This document shows, in pieces, positions 20,401-32,082 of a DNA stretch of 42,164 nt. Where the stretch lies: assembly GCA_900291995.1 (NCBI GenBank), contig OLMU01003016.1:1-42164 (forward strand). Reading direction: 5' to 3'. The stretch is from Licmophora abbreviata. Its lineage: Eukaryota. The position numbers and the translations under genes were made by a program. The stretch's first letter is position 1, and each line of letters begins with the position of its first letter. Below the pieces are notes generated by a model, which did not search any database, was not told where the DNA came from, and was given only the letters and a program-made list of their open reading frames with translations.

Positions 20401-21730
20401 GTCCTAAACCCTATCCAGAGATCGGGCTACAGCGGTGACGGCCGTCGTGCCATGTTTACGCTCAAGAATGAAGTTCTCGACAAGTGCCTGCTAAGACGTA
20501 CGAAGGAAACCCGTGCCGAAGATATGAACCTTCCTCCTCGGCTCGTGACCATCCGCCCGGTTCGCCTCCACCCAGTTGAGGAAGATTTCTACAATGCGCT
20601 CTACACGCAGACGCAGAGCTCGTTTGATGACTACGTTGAAGACGGAACGCTGTTGAACAATTACGCTCATATCTTCGATCTTCTGATGCGCATGCGACAA
20701 GCTGTGGACCACCCGTATCTCGTCGTCTATTCGAAGCGAGGAGGCCAGAATGCAGCGACATCTAGTCGACCTGCTGTTGCCAACGGCTCAACTGAGTGCG
20801 ATATTTGCCACGAGCCTCCTACGGATCGTGTCCTGTCATCATGTTGCCAGTCAGCCTACTGCAGGAGTTGTGTAGTTGACTACATGTCGTCGCTACTCGA
20901 CGGGGCCGACGGCGCGCACACCCCGTGTCCAAGTTGTGGCGACCCCTTCACTATCGACCTTAACCAGATTAGCTCGTCAGTCGTCGACGATGAGACTCTA
21001 CGATCTCCCCAAGTGAGCGGTGTCCAGATGCCATCGTTGAAGGAGCTTCCGCACGTTGCTACCGGATCGATTTTGCGTCGAATCAATCTGGCCGAGTTTG
21101 CTACGTCTACGAAGATTGAGGCACTTACGGAAGAACTCGTGCGCATGCGACAGACGAGCCCCGGGTCCAAGGCTATCGTTTTTTCGCAGTTTGTCAACAT
21201 GCTGGACCTCATCAGGTGGCGGCTGCATTCGGACCCGTGCTTGGCCAAGATGGGACTGGGCGCTAGGGCGCTGCACGGTAGTATGGATGTGAAGGCGCGC
21301 GACGCCAGCCTCAAGGACTTTCGCGAGGACAAGAACGTGCGCGTACTGTTAATGTCGCTCAAGGCTGGAGGCGTCGCGCTAAACCTGACGGTGGCCAATC
21401 ACATCTACCTTATGGACCCATGGTGGAATCCAGCAGCCGAGATGCAGGCGATTGATCGGACACACAGGCTGGTACGTGTCCAGAGTGTGATATGAGTGGG
21501 TTTGCTTCGTGAAATTTGTGACTTAAATTGCTCACTTTTGCTTTGTCGGGACCGACTAGGGTCAATATCGTCCGATTCGGGCGGTACGTTTCATCGCAGA
21601 GAACACTGTGGAGGAACGCATATTGCAACTACAGGAGAAGAAGAGGCTTGTGTTCGACGGCACTGTTGGACGGGACGCTGGTTCTTTGAAGATGCTCACC
21701 GTCAACGATATGAAGAGTTTATTTGCGTGA
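17433..21730 (+). CDS. RAD16: RAD16-like SNF2 helicase / RING E3 ligase with N-terminal Tudor/PWWP-like segment and PARP-type zinc finger. Exons 17433-18182, 18285-19103, 19210-20047, 20129-21471, 21560-21730
   Basis: LLPFQ..G..W, GGILADEMGMGKT, TLVICPV, VVLTTY, WRIVLDEAH (across a splice junction), WCLSGTPLQNR, LLNNYAHIFDLL, RING CDIC...CCQSAYCRSC...CPSC, [41 protein letters not shown]. All four introns are GT-AG and keep frame. Confidence 0.92.
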
Positions 21731-22175
21731 ATCAAACACTTCTCTACAGTCGTAATTGGAGCTGCCTTTCGGTGGCGCGCTCCCGTGACGAGCTGGTAGA
21801 CGACTCAACACGGATTCTCGCTAGTGGGAGAAGCCCCTTGGCGGATTCTCGTAAATCGTAGGACTGGGAAGGTTGCAACCGTTTCCACGCCTTGTAGCTG
21901 CCACATCAGTTGCGGGTCTACTAGTCCACCAAAAAAGTAGTATCGACAAGAAGTGCATAGCAAATTGGGATAGAGAGAGTGAGTCGTTCCGATTATCCAT
22001 GTTCGTGACCTTGCGAATTCCACATTCCGTCGCGCGTCCCATCATCGGTGCAGTGTATTGTCATAGGAATCCAGAATCTTATTTCTCAATGTGAACCCCG
22101 ACGGCAGACGAGAAGCCCTTTCGCGAATGCAAAAAAGAAAAGGGACGACATAGACACGGTGGGACACGACCATGA

Positions 22176-24772
22176 ATGATGAGGAGGTCTTCCAAGATGA
22201 AAGGAACCCCGATTCCGGCCTCGGGATTGAGGAATGCACAGGAAATATTGGCTAATGAGAGTTTTGAATCAGCAGCTACGGGAGAATCGTTCCAGGAAGA
22301 GTATTTCCACGACGTAGCGATGCAGGTCGAAAATAGGATGCCAGTAGCAGCAGCACCTTTCGTCGTCGACCCGCTCCCGCAGCAGCAGCTTCCCTCGGCA
22401 GCACAGGAGGTGCCCTTTGATCTTATGCGAACTATTGCTTCTTATTTGACTCTCTCGGACGCGAACAGCGTCGCTTCCTTAGGGGATCTTCAGCCGCGAC
22501 CGTACAAATCCTCTCCCGCGCAAGACTATGCTGCAGCGCACGAAGACTGGGCGATCGGCACAGAGTTGAGAACATCTGAGCAGCCGAGTCTCGCCATGCA
22601 TCCCAGTTGGACTTCTCTTGCAACCCCCGCTACGCCTGGACTCATTGCTTTGTCTCCAATTGAATTTGACCCGGACGAACACGACGAAGAGGACACGACG
22701 GAGGACACTGACGGATGGAACGAGCAGCTCATTCAACGGCGGTTGGAGCTTCAGAGGAAACGATGGGTTCAACAGAAATTGACGACTGCAGTTTTTTCAC
22801 ATCCACTGTCGATACGGTCCTACTGCCTTGAGGCACACCATGCGGCGCTGGAGATTCAGAAAGCGCGAGAGGATCAATGCACGCTCAAACATAGTCCAGA
22901 TGAGCCCGAGACTGAATTACCGCTGGAAAACTCTGCGATAGTACGAGACCAAAGACATCGCAAACGCCGGCTGCAGGTGTTTCAAATGCTCATGGACACG
23001 GTATTAAATAACGTTCCGCTTTCGGTATTATTGAATCTCACAGAAGCGACGCTGGAGACAAGTCTCGACACGAGTTTTGCTGTAATCCGGGTATCAGGGT
23101 CCTCTATCAATGCGATCGTCTCGACACTGGTGCATCTAATACAGAGACTATGGGACCTTCTTACGAACTTTAATCCTTTTGAAGTTCTGGATGCTATTAT
23201 TTCCTTACAGTTTGATGCGATGGGCCGGACATCGGAGGCGTTGGCGAGTGGAATCCAGAGCGTGGCGACGGGAGTCGGGTCAGCTAGCAACATTGCCCTT
23301 CAGAGACTGTCTCGTAGTGGAGGCGACAAGACGTCATCGTCATCGCTTCATACGCATGGTTTGGCGAGACGCTCTGTGAATGATATTTTGAATAAGAAGG
23401 TATGTAAACGTGTTCCAGCATGGATGTACGAGTCCGCCTTGTCGTTTCGCTGCCAAGAAGACTCACTGTGCTTCTTCTCGACACTTGTCAGCTGCTTCGC
23501 AAATTGAGCAACATTAATGATGCCTCGGAGCTTGTGGCGTACATGGAACAAGAAAACGATGGTCTAACTAGGACTGCCAAAAAACGAGTCCAGAAAATGA
23601 TGCATTACGAAGTCTCCTTACGGCCTTTTACAGCGACAGTTGTGATCCCCACGTCGCCGGTTGCGCTCGAGGACGAAGCCTTTGGTAATGTGGACTTCCC
23701 AGGATACGAACGGAAAGATAGGGATGCTGCTTCAGACGAACGAGGAAAGGTGTCCCCACCATCTTCCGCGTCCTCGTCGCCCAACCACAGTCCTTTCATG
23801 TGTACGCCAAAGTCGTTTCCGCCAACGCCGGGGTCAAGGTCACTGGTCCTGTCGAAGGGACAACGCTTCACCGAGGACGTCGTTTTCCTTGCAAGAGAGC
23901 AACTGCGGGTCGAAAATGGACTGGAAAGCGAGAACGATCGGACTCGCGCTATGGCACACGCTCTTCGGGAGGGTAGTCGATTTGCCGTATTTAGCGCTGA
24001 GGACGTTTCAAACGGGATATCGCTTACGTGCGGGCAACATGTGGCCACCAAGGTTGGGAATGTACTCTACTGCAGTACGCGTAGTATGGTCCCTGTCCTT
24101 CGTAATTGCTTTGTCTACTTTGAGATGTCGGTGCTCTCTCAGACGAGTCGAGAGAACGTCGGAGATCCAGGCTGTATGCCGGCAACACTATCGATCGGCC
24201 TGTCGACGATTGAAATGCCACTCAACACACTCGTCGGCGCCTGGAAGGGTTCTGTTGGTCTATGTAGCACCGGCCAGATCATGACGGCTGGACAGTGGGT
24301 GTCGCCTTCGGATCTTACCCGTAGTCGTTACGGAGACAACTCGACGGTTGGTTGTCTTGTCTGCTTAGACGACAGTTCTGCCTTTGAAACCTGGGATGGA
24401 ATCATGTCGACGGCCTCTGCGACATTCAACGTCGATGGAAACCTTATTGGCCTCCCTTCGGGGACTTCTCCCATGTTGGCCGCACCTGCAGCCGTTCCTG
24501 CGCCACCGCTGATGAACAACGCAAATGACGCGACACATTCCCGGGCACATCCGCGTCGTCCACTTACGCCGACGTCGACGTTGCCTCTTTTAGTTCCCAT
24601 GGAAGAAGAGTTGTTCCCGACGCTCACGCTTCACAGCCCATCGACTCAAGTCATGTGTCGCTTTTCGAGAGAAGATATTTTTGCTCCCACCAGGGAAAGC
24701 GTCGGGGCACCGTCTGGAGTCACGGTGTATTCTGTTGACGGGAGCGTGCTCTTTGAGGCCGACTCAACATAA
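22176..24772 (+). CDS. SPRY/B30.2-domain protein with long N-terminal extension. Exons 22176-23399, 23492-24772 (true start may be 22172, see findings)
   Basis: SPRY-like motifs FVYFEMSV, LSIGLST...LNTLVGAWKGSVGLCSTG, YGDNSTVGCLV, ATFNVDG, LFPTLTLHS; intron 23400-23491 (GTATGT...CAG) joins the two ORFs in frame. Confidence 0.75.
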
Positions 24773-24878
24773 GCTCAATTCATTTTGTACTAAATAGAAA
24801 GATAAGATTATTGTACTTTACTCTAGAATAAATCACGCGAGTTGTAAACACTAAGTAATATCGTCCTTCCCTGTGGTG

Positions 24879-26101
24879 TCATGACGGGCCGTCATCATCT
24901 TGTCTCTTCGTCAGTACTGCCTGAGCGACTTTGCTCCTCGACGGCCGACAGAGAACATCGGAGATGAATAATCCAGCGTCCACCAATCGATCCAGATCGA
25001 TTCCAGTTTCTATACCCATGCCATTTCTAAGGGAGCGTAAGGCGTGTACATGCGAGCGGTCAGCGATTGCGCAGGATGCACATCAGAGCAAGCGCCAACA
25101 TCGCGACTCGAAGCACTTACAACATGTACACAACGTCTTCTGTAGCCACATTTCCGGAAGCCCCTTTTGCATATGGGCATCCCCCAAGGCCACTGATAGA
25201 TGCATCGATGGTTGCGATCCCTCGTTCCAACGAAGCGTAAATGTTTGCCAAAGCTTGTCCATAAGTGTCGTGAAAGTGAATCGCAAGCATCCTCGTATCG
25301 ACGGCACTCTGTGTGCACGGGAAACAATAGTGAGAGATTTGTGTGGAAGTTGGATCTCCCATAGATGACGAAGCCAAACAGCAACACGTCCTTTGTTACC
25401 TGTACCACATCCAACATGGCGTTCGTACTCGCAGGAGTTCCGACCCCAATGGTGTCTCCTAATGAAATCTCATGACATCCTAGTTCAACGAGTCTGCTAG
25501 CGACATGTGCCACTTGATCGGGTGCAATGTACCCTTGATAAGGACAACCCAATACACAACTTACATACCCTCGTACAGGCACATTCCGTTCCTGAGCGGC
25601 CTCCACTACGACTCTAAATCGTTCCAATGACTCGTCAATGGTGCAGTTGATGTTTCGTTTTGAGAATTCTTCGCTCGCTGCCCCAAATACGGCTACTTCA
25701 TCCGCTCCAGCTGCCAATGCGCGTTCGAAGCCTTCCATGTTTGGTACAAGGCAAGAAAGAGTCGGTTTCTTGGCAGTATTAAATGTCAATCCCTTCATCA
25801 CTTGTTCACTATCCGCCATTTGCGGGACCCACTTGGGAGAGACAAATGCAGTAGGTTCCACGACACGACACCCCGCCTCGGCCAGTCTTTTGACGAGGGT
25901 GATCTTATCGTCTGTCGATACAGGTTGTGGCTCGTTCTGTAAGCCATCGCGAGGCCCCACTTCAACAATCTTGACGTGACGCGGAAAACTGGCAGTGGAC
26001 AGATAACGCCGTTGTAGGTGGGAAACATCACCGCCGTGCTGCCACAGACGGCGATGGAAATTGCGCGCGTTTCCGAACGTCCACGACTTCATATTGATCA
26101 T
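24879..26101 (-). CDS. HMGCL: Hydroxymethylglutaryl-CoA lyase, probably mitochondrial. Exons 26101-25400, 25308-25121, 25026-24879
   Basis: [90 protein letters not shown]; Arg-rich presequence. Confidence 0.95.
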
Positions 26102-26476
26102 GTGGAGGAGTCAAACGTTTTCGAACGTTAGAACATCGTACCGACACCCGCGGTTTGTTTCTAATGGGTGGCTTGATGGTTGTGATGCTGTGTGCTATGT
26201 TTGACGCGTTTTGGGTTCATCCGAGAATTCGGAACGACACAACCTTTTTCGATCTTCGCGATTTTGACTGAACCCATTTGTATTAAAATGTATTCGACAA
26301 TGAATACATGTTAAAAAAATCAGAAAAAGAGCAATCTCATCACATTGAACATCGATCATAGGCGCGGCGCGGCCACTTTGAACTCTCCATGAAATTGTAC
26401 CGATGCTCGCAGATCAACAATCCACACAGTCTCCCTCAACGCATCGACACATACACTGCTTTGTAGCTCTATTGAA

Positions 26477-27310
26477 ATGGAGGATTTTCGCGATCAGGGC
26501 GAATCACCTCTGCTGTTAGAAGAAGATCAGAGAACGGAAGACGAAGCACGGCAGGAAATGGCGACGCGAGATGTGTGGAGCGCTCAACTGTCTCAGGTCC
26601 AAACTGTTGCCCTTCTAATGGCACACGTACTTTCGCTTGTCGCTGTTGTGGTTGTTATTAGTTGGGTTTACATGTTGGGAGGATTGTCGTGGAAACAAGG
26701 TGAAAGCAAGCGAGTCTTCAACTGGCATCCTCTACTGATGACTGTCGCCTTTTTCTTCATGACAGTAGCGTCTCTTTCCTTTCGCTATCGACACTCGAGT
26801 CGAAAGTTGCTGAAGTTTACACACGGTACCGCATGGGCCGTTGCCGCCTTGTGTTCCCTGGTCGCCTTGATTGCGGTCTTTCGGTCGCACAATGATCCAG
26901 TCAGCGGGTTCATTGCCAATCTATACAGCCTGCATTCGTGGGTGGGTTGCGCCGTAATTGGAATGTACGCACTGCAGTTTGCGGTCGGAATAGTGTCGTT
27001 TGCTTGGCCCCTGTCAAACATGACGCCAATTCTCAAGGCGCGACTATTGACATTCCATCGGTTCTTTGGTCCAATCATTTACAATGGCGTCGCCGCAACC
27101 ATACTCTTGGGGATCCAAGAAAAGGAGGGGTTTATTGGATGCGCTTACACAGTCTCCGAGGCCGATACGTTCCCTTTGAATCACTTTTGGGAAATTCCTG
27201 CGTCCTGTCGGGTGAGCCATTTGCTTGGCATCCTTGTCCTTGCTGTTGCCTTTTGCACAAATTTGGCATGCCACAACTTTGTCACCGCAGCAGGTCGCCA
27301 CACTCTGTAA
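26477..27310 (+). CDS. Cytochrome b561 family (ascorbate-dependent ferric reductase type)
   Basis: FNWHPLLM, K..HG, FRSHN, NLYSLHSWVG and HRFFG carry the four heme-ligating His; about 6 hydrophobic helices. Confidence 0.92.
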   Translation: MEDFRDQGESPLLLEEDQRTEDEARQEMATRDVWSAQLSQVQTVALLMAHVLSLVAVVVVISWVYMLGGLSWKQGESKRVFNWHPLLMTVAFFFMTVASLSFRYRHSSRKLLKFTHGTAWAVAALCSLVALIAVFRSHNDPVSGFIANLYSLHSWVGCAVIGMYALQFAVGIVSFAWPLSNMTPILKARLLTFHRFFGPIIYNGVAATILLGIQEKEGFIGCAYTVSEADTFPLNHFWEIPASCRVSHLLGILVLAVAFCTNLACHNFVTAAGRHTL

Positions 27311-27678
27311 TCTTAACATCGGCAATGCAAGGAGACAGTCCATTGCCTCTTTCCGACCTTACATACTCGTTATGGTCCGTTAGCTCATCGCGTGCAAGTA
27401 TGGTGAAACATCGGCGGGGCATTCTGTAAGCTATTACTCCGAGTAGCTGTCTAAAACAGCGGTGTCGGCGCGCCCGCAATGCGAATTCCAGGTTCTGAGC
27501 CTCAGAAAGTACGCACTTTTTGAGATGATGACTTCACGACCATCAAAATGGTGCCGATCACATCCCATCACACAGCGCAAAGAACATTACGGCATCAACG
27601 AACGTCGGTCTTTTTCACTATAGTTAAAGTCGGATTACTTCTGGCGCTGCCCTCACAACGCTCCCATAGCGCATTAGA

Positions 27679-28761
27679 ATGAAATTACTGAGGCCGAGAC
27701 CGCGAGCGAGCGCCATAGTGACAGCGACGGCAGCGCTGTCAGGGGTTTCTGTATCCGTCGACGGGTTCATGACTCGAGTCTCACTGCAACGCGCTCCATT
27801 CGTCGTTGCCAAAAATAGGCAGCAATCGACATCACTTATGATTATCGCTCCACCTCAGTCTGGATACGCCACCCCGGAGGACGAGGAAAGTGTATTTCCG
27901 GATTCCTACGAACCCATGATGGAGTATCCTGGAACAATGCGTCCTGGTCGCACTCCTGAGGATCAACCCTTTCACGACCTGCCGATTGGAGACGATGATC
28001 CAGACCCGGTTCCGTGGCCTCACTTTCAGCAGATTGAATGGCATCATCGTTGGGATCCGCCACACCCGGCTGCGATTGCGATGGAACAGTTTATTGAAAT
28101 GCAGGGGCGATGGGCGACGCCGGAGCAAGAGGCGGCAATGCGTGCCGGTGCCCGGCGAGACGTCAGAGAACGAAGAGAGCAGGAAGAGGAAGAAAAGAAA
28201 GCCACTCTTATTATGGATGATGAGGAAGATGACGCGAATGACGAGCCTGTGGAGCTTGGAGATGGAGTGTTTGGGCAATTGGGATCCATCGCGGAAGATG
28301 CCGTGACCGCCGCTGCCGTCGCACCTCCTTCAGAAGCAGACGAGGAAGAAGCAACAGAAATAGAGGAAGGAGAGGATGATTTTGACGATTTTCTTCTCGA
28401 TCTTGGACTTGATGCAGCTCTGGACGAAGCTCCTACCACAGAAGCTAGTACAGCTGGCGACGACGGAGGGGGTTTGGACTTGGATCTCTTGGACGACGAT
28501 GATGACGTAGGCGATGTGGGAGCTAGTTTGGGCCTTGGACTGAATGATGGTAGCGAGGAGGCCACAGCTACAACTGACCTCGGCGACGATGATGACGACG
28601 ACGTCGTCGAAGGGGCATTCGGTGATGACGGCGTAACGACCGTACCCCTTGAAGATTTCACGGACGATAGCGACAACTTGGAGGAAGAGAATGTCTTCGA
28701 CGACGGTGGCTTTGACTACGATGACGGCGATCTTGATTTGGACGGAGGCGACGACTGGTAG
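27679..28761 (+). CDS. Uncharacterised, probably plastid-targeted protein with a Pro/Trp-rich domain and a very long Asp/Glu-rich tail
   Basis: Single 360-aa ORF; signal-like N-terminus ending VDG-F followed by a basic transit-like segment; D/E-rich C-terminal half. Confidence 0.75.
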   Translation: MKLLRPRPRASAIVTATAALSGVSVSVDGFMTRVSLQRAPFVVAKNRQQSTSLMIIAPPQSGYATPEDEESVFPDSYEPMMEYPGTMRPGRTPEDQPFHDLPIGDDDPDPVPWPHFQQIEWHHRWDPPHPAAIAMEQFIEMQGRWATPEQEAAMRAGARRDVRERREQEEEEKKATLIMDDEEDDANDEPVELGDGVFGQLGSIAEDAVTAAAVAPPSEADEEEATEIEEGEDDFDDFLLDLGLDAALDEAPTTEASTAGDDGGGLDLDLLDDDDDVGDVGASLGLGLNDGSEEATATTDLGDDDDDDVVEGAFGDDGVTTVPLEDFTDDSDNLEEENVFDDGGFDYDDGDLDLDGGDDW

Positions 28762-29012
28762 ATATCTGGTTTACTATTAATTTCTACGTATCCGAGCCAT
28801 GCTCCAATTATTATCCTTACATGCGCGCTACAATAAAGCTGATGTTCTGTGCACCTTTTTATTATTCTGCGCTTCTCGCACAATTGACGATAATCAGACC
28901 ATGCGGTACGATAGTTCAAACACTCCTGGGATATAGGCTAAACTGACTAGAGGATTCATAACGTCGAGCATGGCTAGGTAGGAGTCATGTCTCTGATAAC
29001 CACAGCTGGTTC

Positions 29013-30005
29013 TCAATTCAAATCCATTCCATCGATCACATTGAGATCTGACTCGCTCAAGAATGGAGGCTGGTGCACCAGATTGGCAAGTTCAAAGATG
29101 TGATTCCTCTTGGTCGAGCGAGGAATGACGCTCATTTCGCGTTGCAATGCCCAACTCAAAACGACCTCCGCCACGCTACGCTCATACTTTTCGGAAAGTG
29201 CCTTGACCGATGAATGGGTCAAGACTGGGTTCTGCGGGGTGCGGTGCTGAGTCCCCAACGTTGAGTACGAGACAAACTCAATGCCGTGTTGGCGACACAC
29301 TTCACGAATCGCAGGTGCCGGACGAAGTGGATCAGCATAGTTCTGGACGGCATCGGGCATGCGAGGAGGCGGATAGGTCTCGCCTCTTTCCTGCCTCTCC
29401 CTTACAAACTGGATTATGTCAACTAGTTCTTCAGGGGACACATTGGACAATCCGATACGCTTGGCTGAACGATCAATACCAACGACGGCTTCCATGGCCA
29501 TCCAGGCCTCACGCAACGGGAGAGGCTCTGGTGGATCGTTGCAGCGCGGGTGCCATCCATCCCAGCACTTGGGAAGGTGAATAAAGTATACATCCAACCG
29601 GTACGGAATTGAATCAGAGACGTTTCCCTGTTCATCTGTCACTTGTTCGTCGTCACAAAATCCCACCAGCTGAGTTCGACTGGATGCCGCATGCGCTCGA
29701 ATGTCTGCCGTAGACGTTAGTGACCAGGGTGGAATTTTGGTAGTTATCTGCAAGTCTTCACTGTCACATGTTCGAGAACACTGCTCATTGACGCATTCAT
29801 CATCCATGCCAGTGCCGAACCAAGCCTCGAGTGCTTTGCCCACCGCTCGCTGGTCATACCAGACGTCGGCCTCGGCAGTGTCGAATTTGCGAAAGCCTGC
29901 ATCGAGAGCCGACAGGACAACATCGTAGCACTGCCCTCCCAGTCCAGCGGTACCGAAACCGACACCGATGGTGTCAGGAATAGCCGGTGGCGTCGTCGCC
30001 ATCAT
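29013..30005 (-). CDS. Aldo/keto reductase family protein
   Basis: VGFGT, GFRKFDTA...Y, ITTKI, LDVYFIHLP, KRIGLSNV, SYSTLG, AEVVLSWALQR...VIPRST; D-Y-K-H tetrad present. Start taken at MMATTPP, uncertain. Confidence 0.9.
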   Translation of the reverse strand: MMATTPPAIPDTIGVGFGTAGLGGQCYDVVLSALDAGFRKFDTAEADVWYDQRAVGKALEAWFGTGMDDECVNEQCSRTCDSEDLQITTKIPPWSLTSTADIRAHAASSRTQLVGFCDDEQVTDEQGNVSDSIPYRLDVYFIHLPKCWDGWHPRCNDPPEPLPLREAWMAMEAVVGIDRSAKRIGLSNVSPEELVDIIQFVRERQERGETYPPPRMPDAVQNYADPLRPAPAIREVCRQHGIEFVSYSTLGTQHRTPQNPVLTHSSVKALSEKYERSVAEVVLSWALQREMSVIPRSTKRNHIFELANLVHQPPFLSESDLNVIDGMDLN

Positions 30006-30391
30006 GTTGAACTCAATCGTTGAATGGTTAGTGTCACATGCCATCAGCGCCGTGTTTGGAACCTGAGGCAATGACTGATGCGAGCTCTAGTGTCCGGTAG
30101 CGAGCTCCCTTAGACAAGAGATACGGTTGTTGCAAGCGATGTTACGTTGATCGACATGGGTAGCTAAGCAGTCATTTAGTCTGACCATAAAGCGATAATA
30201 TGACCAGCTGCAAGACCTTGCAATATGGAAGTGCTGCCGATGACGCAAGATCTTATTATTATGCTCTACACCGTACTCCCGCAAGAACTCCTCCAATTGT
30301 TGAGTAAGTCTATCGACGAAGCCTGGCACGATACTACCCATTCATGTGCCTCCGAGAGAGTATAATTGATTTCATTGCAATCTGACTACAT

Positions 30392-30757
30392 CTACGCTCT
30401 GCTATTCATGGATCGCCCACCAGCTACAGTAGCCGAAGTACCCGCCTGGGTGGTCGGCGTATCCGCAAAGGCGTCTAGCCCCAAGTCGCCCCAACCCTCT
30501 TCTCGTCGTTGTCGCTCTGCTGCGTTCGCCGACGCCGACGATGAGTTCCCTGTCGTCACTAATACAGCGTCAGCGTCTCCCTCCTCTTCATCCAGTACTG
30601 GTGCAAGTAAAATTTCTTGTTTCATGCAGTCCACATCATCGTCCTCGAGCTTGTCCTTGGCAAAGTCGTCGTCGACCAGCTCGAGCACCGGGGGACGTCC
30701 CGCAGTCGACATTGGGCGTCTATGGCGTGTTACAGCAATGTAAGAGCTATCGGACAT
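30392..30757 (-). CDS. Small acidic hypothetical protein (121 aa)
   Basis: ATG in a plausible context (cacaATGT), D/E-rich protein-like composition, fills an otherwise empty interval; no family recognised. Confidence 0.5.
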   Translation of the reverse strand: MSDSSYIAVTRHRRPMSTAGRPPVLELVDDDFAKDKLEDDDVDCMKQEILLAPVLDEEEGDADAVLVTTGNSSSASANAAERQRREEGWGDLGLDAFADTPTTQAGTSATVAGGRSMNSRA

Positions 30758-31080
30758 TGTGAAATAAAGATTGATCGGAGAGACGAGTCAAGAACGAGGC
30801 GAAAAGACCAACTGTAGCGTCGTGAAATCGATATCATCGTCATCAGTCGCCTCTCGTCGCTGCGAAGTTTGAAAGTGGTTGAGTCGAGCGAGTCACAATA
30901 ATGACGTTTTGGGGTTCTCACAGTGCTTCGAGAATGGATCTCATTGGTCAAAATCTCTGTTCCGCGCCTTCTGCGCGCCAAGGCCTGTTCGTCTGTGCAT
31001 CGAAAGATTTCGCGAATCTTTTGATACCACAGTCGAAGAGTGTGAGTGGCTGACACAACTGCAACGGGACACCAATCATC

Positions 31081-31748
31081 ATGACTCGCTTTACCCCAAT
31101 CGCCCTCCTGGCCTTGCTTGCGGCTTCGGCCGACGCTTTTGTTCCACCGACCATCAGAACGGTGCGTAGATGTATCTGATCAACTGCAAAAATGCGATCA
31201 CTCGAAGCTTTCCTTCTCTCACCCCAAGTCTGCGTCTTCTGATGCTTCTTATCCATTGGCTTCTCTTTCTCTCTTCGAATGAATCACACCTTGATTTCTT
31301 CTGTTTTTACCTATGGTGCGCTCTTTTGCTTTCCGACTCACTACAGGTCGCGCCCGCTGCTCCCCGCACACAGCTCGAGCTGATGACCCCGGACGAAGTC
31401 GAAGAACTCATGGGCCAAGCTACCGACTGCTCGGAAGGAGAATGCTCCATCGACGAAGTCACGGAGCTCATTGCCCTCCTCAAGGATCAGCAAAAAGAGC
31501 TCTACGATCGTGTCGAAAAGATCAAGGGTACTGTTGAGGCCTTGAAGGTCATGAACGAGGCAGAAGACCGCAAGGTCGATGAAGTCAAGGAGACGGTCCG
31601 CGCTATCTTTCGTGTATTTATGCTTTCTGATAAAGCGAGTGGAAACGATTATCCCTCGTTGACAAAGGCGACTGGGTGGTCTGGAGAGGTCGGTGATGGG
31701 CCCAAGACGGCATACGATGCCTTGCCTCCCAAGAAGTGGAAGCCCTAG
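31081..31748 (+). CDS. Plastid-targeted small helical protein, paralog A (CxxxxC, CP12-like N-terminal helix pair). Exons 31081-31161, 31347-31748
   Basis: Exon 1 MTRFTPIALLALLAASADA-FVPP is a signal peptide + ASAFAP-type motif. Intron 31162-31346 (GTGCGT...CAG). Mature part has ATDCSEGECSIDEVTELI and GWSGEVGDGPKTAYDALPPKKWKP. Confidence 0.85.
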
Positions 31749-32082
31749 CTAGGTGTAAGAATTGATGACGAGCGTCGTAGAAACCTAGTTTCGCGATCCT
31801 TGCATATTGATAGCAAGCCCGAATTTTCCACTCTATTGATGACATACCCTGTGCTGTAGAAACGCATTCGACTCATATACCAGTGACGAGAGCAGATCGG
31901 GATGACGAGACAGTTTGGAGGACAAACGAAATCAATCTTACTGTTGGCTAGAAACTTAACGTACCAGGTACGCAGCACCTATAGCATCACGTGCTACGTG
32001 TTGCACCCATGGTACATCCAGAAGGCCTAATTAGGCAGAAACCAATCATACCAGATATCAAAGATTCCAATGATGTAATCGT

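Noticed and set aside
28044..28676. 210-aa Ser-rich minus-strand ORF
   Set aside because: Antisense shadow of the GAC/GAT/GAA-rich acidic gene on the + strand.
30087..30341. 84-aa minus-strand ORF as an upstream exon of the aldo-keto reductase
   Set aside because: No signal-peptide character, no convincing splice path and no recognisable motif.
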